NCBI GenBank assembly: GCA_964016885.1
Contig: OZ024758.1
Span: forward strand, 37,138,001-37,202,000
Length of the DNA stretch: 64,000 nucleotides
Reading direction: 5' to 3'
DNA from: Eledone cirrhosa
Taxonomy: Eukaryota
The translations under genes and the position numbers were made by a program. This document shows, one piece after another, positions 1 to 12,156 of the stretch. How positions within the stretch are numbered: position 1 is the first letter of the stretch; each line of letters begins with the position of its first letter. The notes beneath the pieces were generated by a model, which was not told the DNA's origin, made no database searches, and saw only the letters and a program-made list of their open reading frames with translations.

Positions 1-478
1 CACCATGCGTAGAATAAGCTGAAAGATTAGATCCGAGCATTATATATCAACTAGAAATAGATTGACATATATATATATATATAATAATAAATACATGAAA
101 CAATCACAGGGAATAATTTGTAAAGAATGTAGGCACACATAGCTAGGTAGGTAACTAATTAAAGCTTGACTAGAACTTCAAATATAGATACCTTTTAAAA
201 TGATTAATCTCCTTTGTATATATTTCTTTAAGTAAGAAATATATTTCACCTATTAATCCGTAAATCACAGCAGTTAAATTCTTGGATGTTCACCAAATGA
301 GAAGAAAAATAACCATCTGCGTTTACACAGCAAATGCAAATCTGCGAATGATATGAACCACGTGTTGCATTTTTTTAAAAATACACTCGTTGAACAACGT
401 CATCCCAGTGGCCTGAATAGGACCATCGACAGCCAGAAATAGCCAGAAATATAAATATAAATATATATATATGTATAT

Positions 479-790
479 ATAATATAAGATCAAAAGATGG
501 TTAAAGGAGTTCCATGTATTTTATTATGCGCATTTCAAAAACAAACATCATCATGCAATATTATTTGTGTTTTCATCAGATAAAACAGGAGAACATGATA
601 TGAAGGCTAAAAAAACACTTGTGGATAGTGCAGTTTTAAATTCGCATAATAAAATACATGGAACTCCTTTAACCATCTTTTGATCTTATATTATGTATAC
701 TCCAGTCCTACAAACTGTAGAGTGCTTCTTATCCGATATCTGCATTGCTTTATTGTACTACAATAAAACTCACCTCCTACATTATATGTA
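479..790 (-). mobile_element. Penelope-like terminal-repeat relic inserted in (TA)n, with a 52-bp perfect inverted repeat (479-530 / 643-694)
   Basis: Absent from the duplicate copy (~6930). The inverted repeat was read directly and the insert contains a hammerhead core. Confidence 0.6.
519..585 (-). ncRNA. Type I hammerhead ribozyme candidate
   Basis: Minus strand reads UUUUAU-CUGAUGA-(imperfect 36-nt stem II)-GAA-AUGCGCAU-A-AUAAAA. Stem I pairs, stem III is palindromic, triplet is AUA. Confidence 0.62.
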
Positions 791-899
791 TATATATATA
801 TATATTCTCTTTTACTCTTTTAACGTGTTCCAGCGATCCAGTTGAGGCCATGCTGGGGCATGCCCTTGTTACACATTCTTTCTCCAACCTGTGTTGGTT

Positions 900-1110
900 G
901 GCCATTCGGCAAAGAGGGGGTTCAATGTTGCTGCCCTTAGGTTACCTTCGAACCATGCTGTGGGCTCATCCAGGATCCTGGTAACAGGGTGTCGAGATGT
1001 TCCTTGAAAACATCCACGTCCACACCATGCAGATCTCTCAAATTCCTTGGCAGCTTGTTGAAGAGGTGAGGGCCTTTGAACCCCAGGTTATTGTAATACC
1101 TGCTCCTTAT
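900..1110 (-). mobile_element. LINE (CR1/L2-like) RT C-terminal fragment; duplicate at ~7030-7235
   Basis: Peptide NNLGFKGPHLFNKLPRNLRDLHGVDVDVFKEHLDTLL matches the typical FN.LP..LR...FK..LD..L LINE C-terminus. Confidence 0.6.
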
Positions 1111-1321
1111 TCTGTATATATTTATAAGTATATATCTATATATGTGTGTGTGTGTGTGGTAGGAAGTATGGTAAGGAACGAGGTGGACCATAACGCACCA
1201 GATCACGCGATACTTTGGTTAGTAGATATATATATATATGTGAGTGTGTGTTAAGCTATTCTATTAAATCTACCCCAGGATATCACTGGTACTATATTTT
1301 ATCAACCCCTGAATTATGAAA

Positions 1322-1615
1322 TCATTTCATTTTACGTCCCCTTTTCCCTGCTTGCAAGAGTGGGACAGGAACTGATTCTGGCTTGATTTCTACAGCTTGA
1401 TGCCCTTCCTAAAACCAACCTCATTTACAGTGAGTGCTGGGTGATTTTTTGCCGTGGCACCTCTACGACCACTTTACAGTGGAATGATAGGGACTCCAGT
1501 CCCTATCATCTCATTTCTACAGCTGAGTAAACTGGAGCAATTTGAAATAAAGTGTCTTGCTCAAGGAAACAACACATTACCCGGTCTGAGAATTGAACTC
1601 ACAACCTTTCGATAA
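1322..1615 (-). mobile_element. Composite SINE (tRNA-like head, core, RTE-LINE 3' tail); duplicate at ~7450-7735
   Basis: Reverse complement of 29636-29972; internal 12-bp hairpin at 1484-1509. Confidence 0.7.
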
Positions 1616-1679
1616 AGAATAATACAATTATAGAGATTATAAAAGATTATAAAAGAATAATACGTATTATTCCTTTCGA

Positions 1680-2274
1680 ATACAATAAAAGGCCTGCTGT
1701 TACAACTTTGGTATTTATTGAGGATATTGTGAATCGTTTAACCCTTTAGCATTTAAACCGGCCATATCCGGCCAGAAATCTCTCACTTTTTTCTGTTCAA
1801 ACCGGCTGTAACTAGCCACTCATACTGACGTTAAGGTATTCTTCTGAAAATAAATACTATCAAAATCTCATAGATTCAATATTATGTGAGATAACTATAT
1901 AAGATAAAGTGTTTACTGTGAAACTACAATAGTAAATATAGAGTAATGTAAGTGCTAAAGGGTTAAATAACTTAAATTTACAACTTCAAGGTAAAACTCA
2001 GCTCGTAAATGAAATGTATAACCATATTGTTGCCTTTGAAAAAAAGCTACAGTTGTGGGAACATCAACTTTGAAATAAAAATTATGTGCATTTTCCATCA
2101 TTTCAAGGAGGGAAATCACAGGATTCAGAGGTATTTGTGAATATAATTCAAGATTTGAGAAATGAATAGTATAGTCAACACTCGAGATAAAAATTTTAGC
2201 TTGTGTAATTTTCCATAATTATTCTTTTATGGCGTTCGTCCGGCCCGTGGAGGCAAAGAAGTTGGCAATCCCTG
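1680..2274 (+). mobile_element. hAT (Charlie/Buster-type) transposon relic interrupted by a TTAA MITE; duplicate at ~7800-8392
   Basis: Translates LVFIEDIVNRL|NNLNLQLQGKTQLVNEMYNHIVAFEKKLQLWEHQL*NKNYVHFP, like GTF2IRD2/Buster transposases. Ends cggcccg...gttggcaatccctg, a hAT-like terminus. Confidence 0.75.
1742..1962. mobile_element. piggyBac-type MITE, copy 1
   Basis: TTAA on both sides; TIRs ccctttagcattta / taagtgctaaaggg. Confidence 0.85.
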
Positions 2275-2301
2275 ATCTACACCAATGTTTTCCTGTTACA
2301 G

Positions 2302-2439
2302 TGTGCAGTAGTGGAAGACTTGGTGCCAACTGTGATCAGGTGTGTCATTGTGAAGATAACAACAGGTGTAATGTGGAATTAGGGATCTGTTCAAGGGGTA
2401 GATGTGCTCCAGGTTATGAAGGAAACAGTTGTCAGAAAG
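2302..2439 (+). CDS. EGF-repeat receptor exon 1 (138 nt, phase 1-1): vCSSGRLGANCDQVCHCEDNNRCNVELGICSRGRCAPGYEGNSCQK
   Basis: Acceptor ttttcctgttacag, donor g|gttagt. The 8-Cys pattern C-x2-G-x2-G-x2-C-x3-C-x-C-x5-C-x4-G-x-C-x4-C-x2-G-x2-G-x2-C is shared with the other exons. Confidence 0.88.
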
Positions 2440-2479
2440 GTTAGTTATTTTCATATCTCAGCTTTTATCTCTCACCAGT

Positions 2480-3257
2480 CCAGGTACTTTATTTTATCAA
2501 CCCCAGTACGTTACTGGTACTTTATTTTATCAACCCCAGTACATTACTGGTACTTTATTTTATCAACCCCAGTACATTACTGGTACTTTATTTTATCAAC
2601 CCCAGTATGTTACTGGTACTTTACTTTATCAACCCAGTACGTTACTGGTACTTTATTTTATCAATCCCAGTACATTACTGGTACTTTATTTTATCAACCT
2701 CAGTACGTTACTGGTACTTTACTTTATCAACCCCAGTACATTACTGGTACTTTATTTTATCAACCCCAGTACGTTACTGGTACTTTACTTTATCAACCCC
2801 AGTACGTTACTGGTACTTTACTTTATCAACCCCAGTACATTACTGGTACTTTACTTTATCAACCCCAGTACGTTACTAGTACTTTATTTTATCAACTGCA
2901 GTACATTACTGGTACTTTACTTTATCAACCCCAGTACGTTACTGGTACTTTATTTTATCAAACCCAGTACATTACTGGTACTTTACTTTATCAACCCCAG
3001 TACATTACTGGTACTTTACTTTATCAACCCCAGTATGTTACTGGTACTTTACTTGATCAACCCCAGTACATTACTGGTACTTTACTTTATCAACGCCAGT
3101 ACATTACTGGTACTTTATTTTATCAACCCCAGTACATTACTGATACTTTACTTTATCAACCCCAGTACGTTACTGGTACTTTACTTTATCAACCCCAGTA
3201 CGTTACTGGTACTTTACTTTATCAACCCCAGTACGTTACTGGTACTTTATCAACCCT
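2480..3257. repeat. 33-bp minisatellite (ggtactttattttatcaaccccagtacgttact), ~23 units; ~6-7 units at 8600-8818
   Basis: Direct reading; 11-aa periodicity in the ORF track. Confidence 0.95.
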
Positions 3258-3299
3258 GTTAGGATGAAAGCCAGAGCTATAACTTCAGTAGGATTTGAA

Positions 3300-5620
3300 C
3301 CCAGTTACGGCCCTTTACGTTCTGAGTTCAAATCCCATCAAGGTAAGCTTTGCCTTTCATCCTGACTGGGTTGATAAAATAAAGTACCAGTAACACACTG
3401 GGGTCAATCAACACCCCTTCCCCAAATGTGTTGGCCTTGCATCTAAATCAGAAACCATTAAAATAATCTCTAAATTTCTAGTCAACAATCAATATTATTA
3501 GTTAGTAATATTAGTTAATAATTGTTTCTACGTTAGGCACAAGGCCAGCAATTACCCCAGTGTATTACTGCTACTTTATTTTATCGACCCTGTAAGGATG
3601 AAAGGCAAAGTTAACCTCGGTGGGATTTGAACTCAGAATGGCAAGGGCCGTAAGTCTATGCATCAAAGCATGGCGTCCCACCCTCCAGTGATACTGCCAA
3701 TCCACTGCCATTAATATTATTATTGACTAAAAATATTAACTAATAATATTAACTAATTATATTAACTAATAATATTAACTATTTATATTGACTAATAATA
3801 TTAACTAATAATATTAACTAATAATATTAACTAATTATATTAACTAATAACATTAACTAATTATATTAACTAATAATATTAACTAATAATATTTACTAAT
3901 TATATAACTCTATGCATCAAAGCATGGCGTCCGACGCTCCACCGATACTGCCAATCCACCGAATAATATTAACTAATTCAAATCCCGCCGAGGTTAACTT
4001 TGCCTTTCATCCTTACGGGGTTGATAAAATAAAGTACCAGTAATACACTGGAGTAATTGCTGGCCTTGTGCCTAACGTAGAAATTATTTAAATTATTAGT
4101 GAATATTATTAGTGAATATTAATAGTTAATACTATCAGTGGATTGGCAGTATCAGTAGAGGGTCGGACGCCATGCTTTCCAGCATAGTTACGTCCCTTTA
4201 CGATCTGAGTTCAAATCCCGCCGAGGTTGACTTTGCCTTTCATCCTTACGGGGTCGATAAAATAAAGTACCAGTAATGCACTGGGTAATTGCTGGCCTTG
4301 TGCCTAAAGTAGAAACAATTATTAGTTAATATAATTAGTTGATAATATTAGTTAATATTATTAGTTAATATTATTAGTTGATAATATTAGTTCATATAAT
4401 TAGTTTGGATTGGCAGTATCGGTAGAGGGTCTGACGCCATGCTTTGCAGCAAAGAGTTACGCCCCTTTATGGTTTGAGTTCAAATCCCGCCGAGGTTAAC
4501 TTTGCCTTTCATCCTTACGGGGTCGATAAAATAAAGTACCAGTAATGTACTGGATAATTGCTGGCCTTGTGCCAAAAGTAGAAACAATTATTAGTTAATA
4601 TAATTAGTTAATATTATTAGTTAATATTATTAGTTCATAATATTAGTTAATATTATTAGTTATTATAATTAGTGAATATTATTAGTTGATAATATTAGTT
4701 AATATTATTAGTTAATATAATTAGTTAATATTATTAGTTGATAATAATAGTTAACATTATTAGTTAATATAATTAGTTAATATTATTAGTTAATATTATT
4801 AGTTGATAATATAAGGGCGGTGGATTGGCAGTATCGGTGGAGGGTCGGACGCCATGCTTTCCAGCACGTCCCTTTACGATCTGAGTTCAAATCCCGCCGA
4901 GGTTGACTTTGCCTTTCATCCTTACGGGGTCGATAAAATAAAGTACCAGTAATGAACTGGGTAATTGCTGGCTTTGTGCCTAAAGTAGAAACAATTATTA
5001 GTTGATATAATTAGTTAATATTATTAGTTAATATTATTAGTTAATATAATTAGTTAATATTATTAGTTGATAATATTAGTTAATATTATTAGTTAACATT
5101 ATTAGTTAATATTATTAGTTAATATTATTAGTCAACATAATTAGTTAATATTATTAGTCAATATAATTAGTTAATATAATTAGTGAATATTACTAGTTGA
5201 TAATATTAGTTAATATAATTAGTTAATATAATTAGTCAATATAATTAGTTAATGAGGTTAACTTTGCCTTTCATCCTTACGGGGTCGATAAAATAAAGTA
5301 CCAGTAATGTACTGGGTAATTGCTGGCCTTGTGCCTAACGTAGAAATTATTATTAGTTCATATAATTAGTTACTATTATTAGTAAATATAATTAGTCAAT
5401 ATAATTAGTAAATATAATTAGTCAATATAATTAGTAAATATAATTAGTCAATATAATTAGTCAATATAATTAGTCAATATACTTAGTCAATATAATTAGT
5501 CAATATAATTAGTCAATAGTATTAGTCAATATTATTAGTCAATATTATTAGTAAATATAATTAGTCAATATTATTAGTCAATATTATTCGTAAATATAAT
5601 TAGTCAATATAATTAGAAAC
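3300..5620. repeat. Cluster of tRNA-type SINE family A copies in both orientations, interleaved with 13-bp AT-rich repeats (attagttaatatt / tagtcaatataat)
   Basis: Copies at ~3520-3710(-), 3975-4085, 4137-4320, 4407-4590, 4815-4997 and 5255-5345(+). A-box-like tggcagtatcgg and B-box gagttcaaatcc. Confidence 0.85.
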
Positions 5621-5965
5621 AATTATATTTTATCAACCCCAGAATGTTGGTTGTGTGGGTTTTTTATTTCTGTATGAAGTTCAGACAGTCAGCCATACAG
5701 ACACATGATATGAGTGTGCAACATCGTAGCTATGTTTCTGTCAGTTGAAAGCAAGTCTTTGTATTAACTTTTAGAGAGAGTCACACCCAGTTAAATTACA
5801 TGACCTTAGGTAAGTGTATGGGAGAGACAGGAGGAGAGATAGAGAGAGAGAGGGGGGAGTGAGAGAGAAAGAGAGAGAGAGAAAGAGAGGGATATCGAGA
5901 GAGGGAGATAAAGAGATGTGAGAGACAGAGATAGAAAGTAAAATGTAGTAGTAATTCTAATGTTG

Positions 5966-6002
<37 letters not shown>

Positions 6003-6144
6003 CAGAGGTTATATTTAATTTGTTGGGATTTAATAAGCCTAAACATTTTTATAACTGATATAAAGCACTCAACAGTTTGCCTTGGTTGCCCTTGAAATAT
6101 GTATAATAAAATAAATATGGTTTTATAAATATAGTTTCCATTTA

Positions 6145-6211
<67 letters not shown>

Positions 6212-6322
6212 AGGAAAAGAGTCAGGACCCCAACTGCTGATCTCTGGCCGGAGCTCAGCCGTTGGGTTCCTGGCTCTTTTTTTATTACCCACTCTTCTAC
6301 CCTAAGTATTGAGTACTCTGAG

Positions 6323-6379
<57 letters not shown>

Positions 6380-6381
6380 CA

Positions 6382-6414
<33 letters not shown>

Positions 6415-7860
6415 CCAAAATTAAAATTAAGGGTTGTCATGTCTGAGAGACATGCGCCATGCGTAGAATAAGCTGAAAGATTAGATCCGAGCATTACATA
6501 TCAACTAGAAATAGATTGACATATATATATATATATATATATATAATAAATACATGAAACAATCACAGGGAATAATTTGTAAAGAATGTAGGCACACATA
6601 GCTAGGTAGGTAACTAATTAAAGCTTGACTAGAACTTCAAATATAGATACCTTTTAAAATGATTAATCTCCTTTGTATATATTTCTTTAAGTAAGAAATA
6701 TATTTCACCTATTAATCCGTAAATCACAGCAGTTAAATTCTTGGATGTTCACCAAATGAGAAGAAAAATAACCATCTGCGTTTACACAGCAAATGCATAT
6801 CTGCGAATGATTTGAACCACGTGTTGCATTTTTTAAAAAATACACTCGTTGAACAACGTCATCTCAGTGGCCTGAATAGGACCATCGACAGCCAGAAATA
6901 GCCAGAAATATAAATATAAATATATATATATGTTTATATATACTCTTTTACTCTTTTAACGTGTTCCAGCAATCCAGTTGAGGCCATGCTGGGGCATGCC
7001 CTTGTTACACATTCTTTCTCCAACCTGGCCATTTGGCAAAGAGGGGGTTCGTTGTTGCTGCCCTTAGGTTACCTTCGAGCCATGCTGTGGGCTCATCCAG
7101 GATCCTGGTAACAGGGTGTCGAGATGTTCCTTGAAAACATCCACGTCCACACCATGCAGATCTCTCAAATTCCTTGGCAGCTTGTTGAAGAGGTGAGGGC
7201 CTTTGAACCCCAGGTTATTGTAATACCTGCTCCTTATTCTGTATATATTTATAAGTATATATCTATATATGTGTGTGTGTGTGTGTGGTAGGAAGTATGG
7301 TAAGGAACGAGGTGGGCCATAACGCACCAGATCACGCGATACTTTGGTTAGTAGATATATATATATATGTGAGTGTGTGTTAAGCTATTCTATTAAATCT
7401 ACCCCAGGATATCACTGGTACTATATTTTATCAACCCCTGAATTATGAAATCATTTCATTTTACGTCCCCTTTTCCCTGCTTGCAAAAGTGGGACAGGAA
7501 CTGATTCTGGCTTGATTTCTACAGCTTGATGCCCTTCCTAAAACCAACCTCATTTACAGTGAGTGCTGGGTGATTTTTTGCCGTGGCACCTCTACGACCA
7601 CTTTACAGTGGAATGATAGGGACTCCAGTCATCTCATACAGCTGAGTAAACTGGAGCAATTTGAAATAAAGTGTCTTGCTCAAGGAAACAACACATTAAC
7701 CGGTCGGAGAATTGAACTCACAACCTTTCGATAAAGAATAATACAATTATAGAGATTATAAAAGATTATAAAAGAATAATACGTATTATTCCTTTCGAAT
7801 ACAATAAAAGGCCTGCTGTTACAACTTTGGTATTTATTGAGGATATTGTGACTCGTTTAA

Positions 7861-8081
7861 CCCTTTAGCATTTAAACCGGCCATATCCGGCCAGAAATCT
7901 CTCACTTTTTTCTGTTCAAACCGGCTGTAACTAGCCACTCATACTGACGTTAAGGTATTCTTCTCAAAATAAATATTATCAAAATCTCATAGATTCAATA
8001 TTATGTGAGATAACTATATAAGATAAAGTGTTTACTGTGACATTACAATAGTAAATATAGAGTAATGTAAGTGCTAAAGGG
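7861..8081. mobile_element. piggyBac-type MITE, copy 2 (within the duplication)
   Basis: Same TIRs and TTAA flanks as copy 1. Confidence 0.85.
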
Positions 8082-8419
8082 TTAAATAACTTAAATTTAC
8101 AACTTCAAGGTAAAACTCAGCTCGTAAATGAAATGTATAACCATATTGTTGCCTTTGAAAAAAAGCTACAGTTGTGGGAACATCAACTTTGAAATAAAAA
8201 TTATGTGCATTTTCCATCATTTCAAGGAGGGAAATCACAGGATTCAGAGGTATTTGTGAATATAATTCAAGATTTGAGAAATGAATAGTATAGTCAACAC
8301 TCGAGATTAAATTTTAGCTTGTGTAATTTTCCATAATTATTCTTTTATGGCGTTCGTCCGGCCCGTGGAGGCAAAGAAGTTGGCAATCCCTGATCTACAC
8401 CAATGTTTTCCTGTTACAG

Positions 8420-8557
8420 TGTGCAGTAGTGGAAGACTTGGTGCCAACTGTGATCAGGTGTGTCATTGTGAAGATAACAACAGGTGTAATGTGGAATTAG
8501 GGATCTGTTCAAGGGGTAGATGTGCTCCAGGTTATGAAGGAAACAGTTGTCAGAAAG
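8420..8557 (+). CDS. EGF-repeat exon 2 (138 nt), nucleotide-identical to exon 1
   Basis: Same splice sites and sequence as 2302-2439; lies in the tandem duplicate. Confidence 0.8.
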
Positions 8558-8999
8558 GTTAGTTATTTTCATATCTCAGCTTTTATCTCTCACCAGTCCA
8601 GGTACTTTATTTTATCAACCCCAGTACATTACTGGTAGTTTACTTTATCAATCCCAGTACGTTACTGGTACTTTACTTTATCAACCCCAGTACGTTACTG
8701 GTACTTTACTTTATCAACCCCAGTACATTACTGGTACTTTACTTTATCAACCCCAGTATGTTACTGGTACTTTACTTTATCAACCCCAGTACGTTACTGG
8801 TACTTTACTTTATCAACCTTGTTAGGATGAAAGCCAGAGCTATAACTTCAGTAGGATTTGAACCCAGTTACGTCCCTTTACGATCTGAGTTCAAATCCCG
8901 CCGAGGTTGACATTGCCTTTCATCCTTACGGGGTCGATAAAATAAAGTACCAGTAATGTACTGTGTAATTGCTGGCCTTGTGCCTTACGTAGAAACAAT

Positions 9000-9430
9000 T
9001 ATTAGTTCATATAATTAGTCAATATTATTAGTCAATATAATTAGTCAATATAATTAGTCAATATAATTAGTCAATATTATTAGTCAATATAATTAGTCAA
9101 TATAATTAGTCAATATTATTAGTCAATATAATTAGTCAATATAATTAGTCAATATTATTAGTCAATATAATTAGTCAATATAATTAGTCAATATTATTAG
9201 TCAATATAATTAGTCAATATAATTAGTCAATATAATTAGTCAATATAATTAGTCAATATAATTAGTTAATATAATTAGTCTATATAATTAGTTAATATAA
9301 TTAGTCAATATAATTAGTCAATATAATTAGTCTATATAATTAGTTAATATAATTAGTCTATATAATTAGTCAATATAATTAGTCAATATAATTAGTCAAT
9401 ATAATTAGTTAATATAATTAGTTAATATTA
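9000..9430. repeat. 13-bp tandem repeat tagtcaatataat following a SINE A 3' end (8866-9000)
   Basis: Direct reading. Confidence 0.92.
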
Positions 9431-9516
9431 CTCATAAATATTACTAGTAGAGTGGTAGTTATAATAGTTAGTATAATGAATGGTGTAGTGGTAGTTAGTA
9501 GAGCGGTAGAGTGGAG

Positions 9517-10970
9517 TGAAGCACGTGGCTTCGTAGTTAGGGTATTCGGCTTAAGATTGTCAGGTCACGAGTTCAATTCCCAGCAGTACATTGTGTCCTT
9601 GAGCAAGACACTTTATTTCATGTTGCTCCAGTCCACTGTGTCCTTGAGCAAGACACTTTATTTCATGTTGCTCCAGTCCACTGTGTCCTTGAGCAAGACA
9701 CTTTATTTCATGTTGCTCCAGTCCACTGTGTCCTTGAGCAAGACACTTTATTTCATGTTGCTCCAGTCCACTGTGTCCTTGAGCAAGACACTTTATTTCA
9801 TGTTGCTCCAGTCCACTGTGTCCTTGAGCAAGACACCTTATTTCATGTTGCTCCAGTCCACTGTGTCCTTGAGCAAGACACCTTATTTCATGTTGCTCCA
9901 GTCCACTGTGTCCTTGAGCAAGACACTTTATTTCATGTTGCTCCAGTCCACTGTGTCCTTGAGCAAGACACTTTATTTCATGTTGCTCCAGTCCACTGTG
10001 TCCTTGAGCAAGACACTTTATTTCATGTTGCTCCAGTCCACTGTGTCCTTGAGCAAGACACTTTATTTCATGTTGCTCCAGTCCACTGTGTCCTTGAGCA
10101 AGACACCTTATTTCATGTTGCTCCAGTCCACTGTGTCCTTGAGCAAGACACTTTATTTCACGTTGCTCCAGTCCACTGTGTCCTTGAGCAAGACACTTTA
10201 TTTCATGTTGCTCCAGTCCACTGTGTCCTTGAGCAAGACACTTTATTTCATGTTGCTCCAGTCCACTGTGTCCTTGAGCAAGACACTTTATTTCATGTTG
10301 CTCCAGTCCACTGTGTCCTTGAGCAAGACACTTTATTTCATGTTGCTCCAGTCCACTGTGTCCTTGAGCAAGACACTTTATTTCATGTTGCTCCAGTCCA
10401 CTGTGTCCTTGAGCAAGACACTTTATTTCATGTTGCTCTAGTCCACTGTGTCCTTGAGCAAGACACTTTATTTCATGTTGCTCCAGTCCACTGTGTCCTT
10501 GAGCAAGACACTTTATTTCATGTTGCTCCAGTCCACTGTGTCCTTGAGCAAGACACCTTATTTCATGTTGCTCCAGTCCAGTGTCCTTGAGCAAGACACT
10601 TTATTTCATGTTGCTCCAGTCCACTGTGTCCTTGAGCAAGACACTTTATTTCATGTTGCTCCAGTCCACTGTGTCCTTGAGCAAGACACTTTATTTCATG
10701 TTGCTCCAGTCCACTGTGTCCTTGAGCAAGACACTTTATTTCATGTTGCTCCAGTCCAGTCAGCTGGCAAAAATGAACTGTACCTGTAATTCGAAATGCT
10801 AGCCTTGTCACATATTGTGTCTTGCTGAATCTCCCTGAGAACTATATTATGGGTACGCGTGTTTGTGGAATACTCAGCCACTTGCATGTAAATTTCACGA
10901 GCAGGCTGTACTGTTGATTGTATCAGTTGGAACACTCATCGTAACCGATGGAGTGCCACTACTACTACTA
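9517..10970 (+). mobile_element. tRNA-type SINE family B with an internal 45-bp unit amplified ~26 times (9592-10759)
   Basis: Head gaagcacgtggctt...gagttcaattccc; unit tgtgtccttgagcaagacactttatttcatgttgctccagtccac; tail (cta)n. The unit is single-copy at ~29385 and ~29715. Confidence 0.85.
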
Positions 10971-10971
10971 C

Positions 10972-12086
10972 AGAGTGGTAGTTATAATAGTATAGTGAAT
11001 GGTATAGTGGTAGTTAGTAGCGTACTAGTTACAATAGTTAGTATAGTGAATGATGTAGTGGTAGTTAGTAGAGTACTAGTTACAATAGTTAGTATAGTGA
11101 TTGGTATAGTGGTAGTTAGTAGAGTACTAGTTACAATAGTTAGTATAGTGAATGATGTAGTGGTAGTTAGTAGAGTACTAGTTACAATAGTTAGTATAGT
11201 GAATGATGTAGTGGTAGTTAGTAGAGTACTAGTTACAATAGTTAGTATAGTGAATGGTATAGTGGTAGTTAGTAGAGTACTAGTTACAATAGTTAGTATA
11301 GTGAATGGTATAGTGGTAGTTAGTAGAGTACTAGTTACAATAGTTAGTATAGTGAATGATGTAGTGGTAGTTAGTAGAGTACTAGTTACAATAGTTAGTA
11401 TAGTGAATGGTATAGTGGTAGTTAGTAGAGTACTAGTTACAATAGTTAGTATAGTGAATGATGTAGTGGTAGTTAGTAGAGTACTAGTTACAATAGTTAG
11501 TATAGTGAATGGTATAGTGGTAGTTAGTAGAGTACTAGTTACAATAGTTAGTATAGTGAATGATGTAGTGGTAGTTAATAGAGTACTAGTTACAATAGTT
11601 AGTATAGTGAATGGTATAGTGGTAGTTAGTAGAGTACTAGTTACAATAGTTAGTATAGTGAATGATGTAGTAGTAGTTAGTAGAGTACTAGTTACAATAG
11701 TTAGTATAGTGGTAGTTAGTAGAGTACTAGTTACAATAGTTAGTATAGTGAATGGTATAGTGGTAGTTAGTAGAGTACTAGTTACAATAGTTAGTATAGT
11801 GAATGATGTAGTGGTAGTTAGTAGAGTACTAGTTACAATAGTTAGTATAGTGAATGGTATAGTGGTAGTTAGTAGAGTACTAGTTACAATAGTTAGTATA
11901 GTGAATGATGTAGTGGTAGTTAATAGAGTACTAGTTACAATAGTTAGTATAGTGAATGGTATAGTGGTAGTTAGTAGAGTACTAGTTACAATAGTTAGTA
12001 TAGTGAATGATGTAGTAGTAGTTAGTAGAGTACTAGTTACAATAGTTAGTATAGTGGTAGTTAGTAGAGTACTAGTTACAATAGTA
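10972..12086. repeat. 51-bp minisatellite (agtggtagttagtagagtactagttacaatagttagtatagtgaatgRtRt), ~22 units
   Basis: 51-bp period with two alternating variants. Confidence 0.95.
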
Positions 12087-12156
12087 CAGTGACTAGAAAC
12101 GTGGAACAGCCGTGACTTCTTCAGAATTTGTTTATCTATTTTTTTTGTATGTTTAG

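Larger units (their letters stand above)
1..9430. repeat. Recent tandem segmental duplication (period ~6.1-6.45 kb) containing one EGF exon per copy
   Basis: Position 1 matches 6455; exon 1 to exon 2 offset is 6118. Intronic sequence is near-identical with scattered SNPs, indels and VNTR differences. Confidence 0.92.

Noticed and set aside
2229-2444. ORF-track start MAFVRPVEAKK as the N-terminus of the EGF protein
   Set aside because: The upstream part lies in a hAT terminus. The AG at 2300-2301 gives the same 138-nt exon as the other nine.
2404-3267. YQPQYVTGTLL repeat ORF
   Set aside because: Translation of the 33-bp SINE-derived minisatellite, lying in an intron.
3960-5350. CRISPR-like alternation of a conserved repeat and variable spacers
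   Set aside because: The repeats are ~190-bp SINEs, the spacers are low-complexity 13-mers, the context is eukaryotic, and there are no cas genes.
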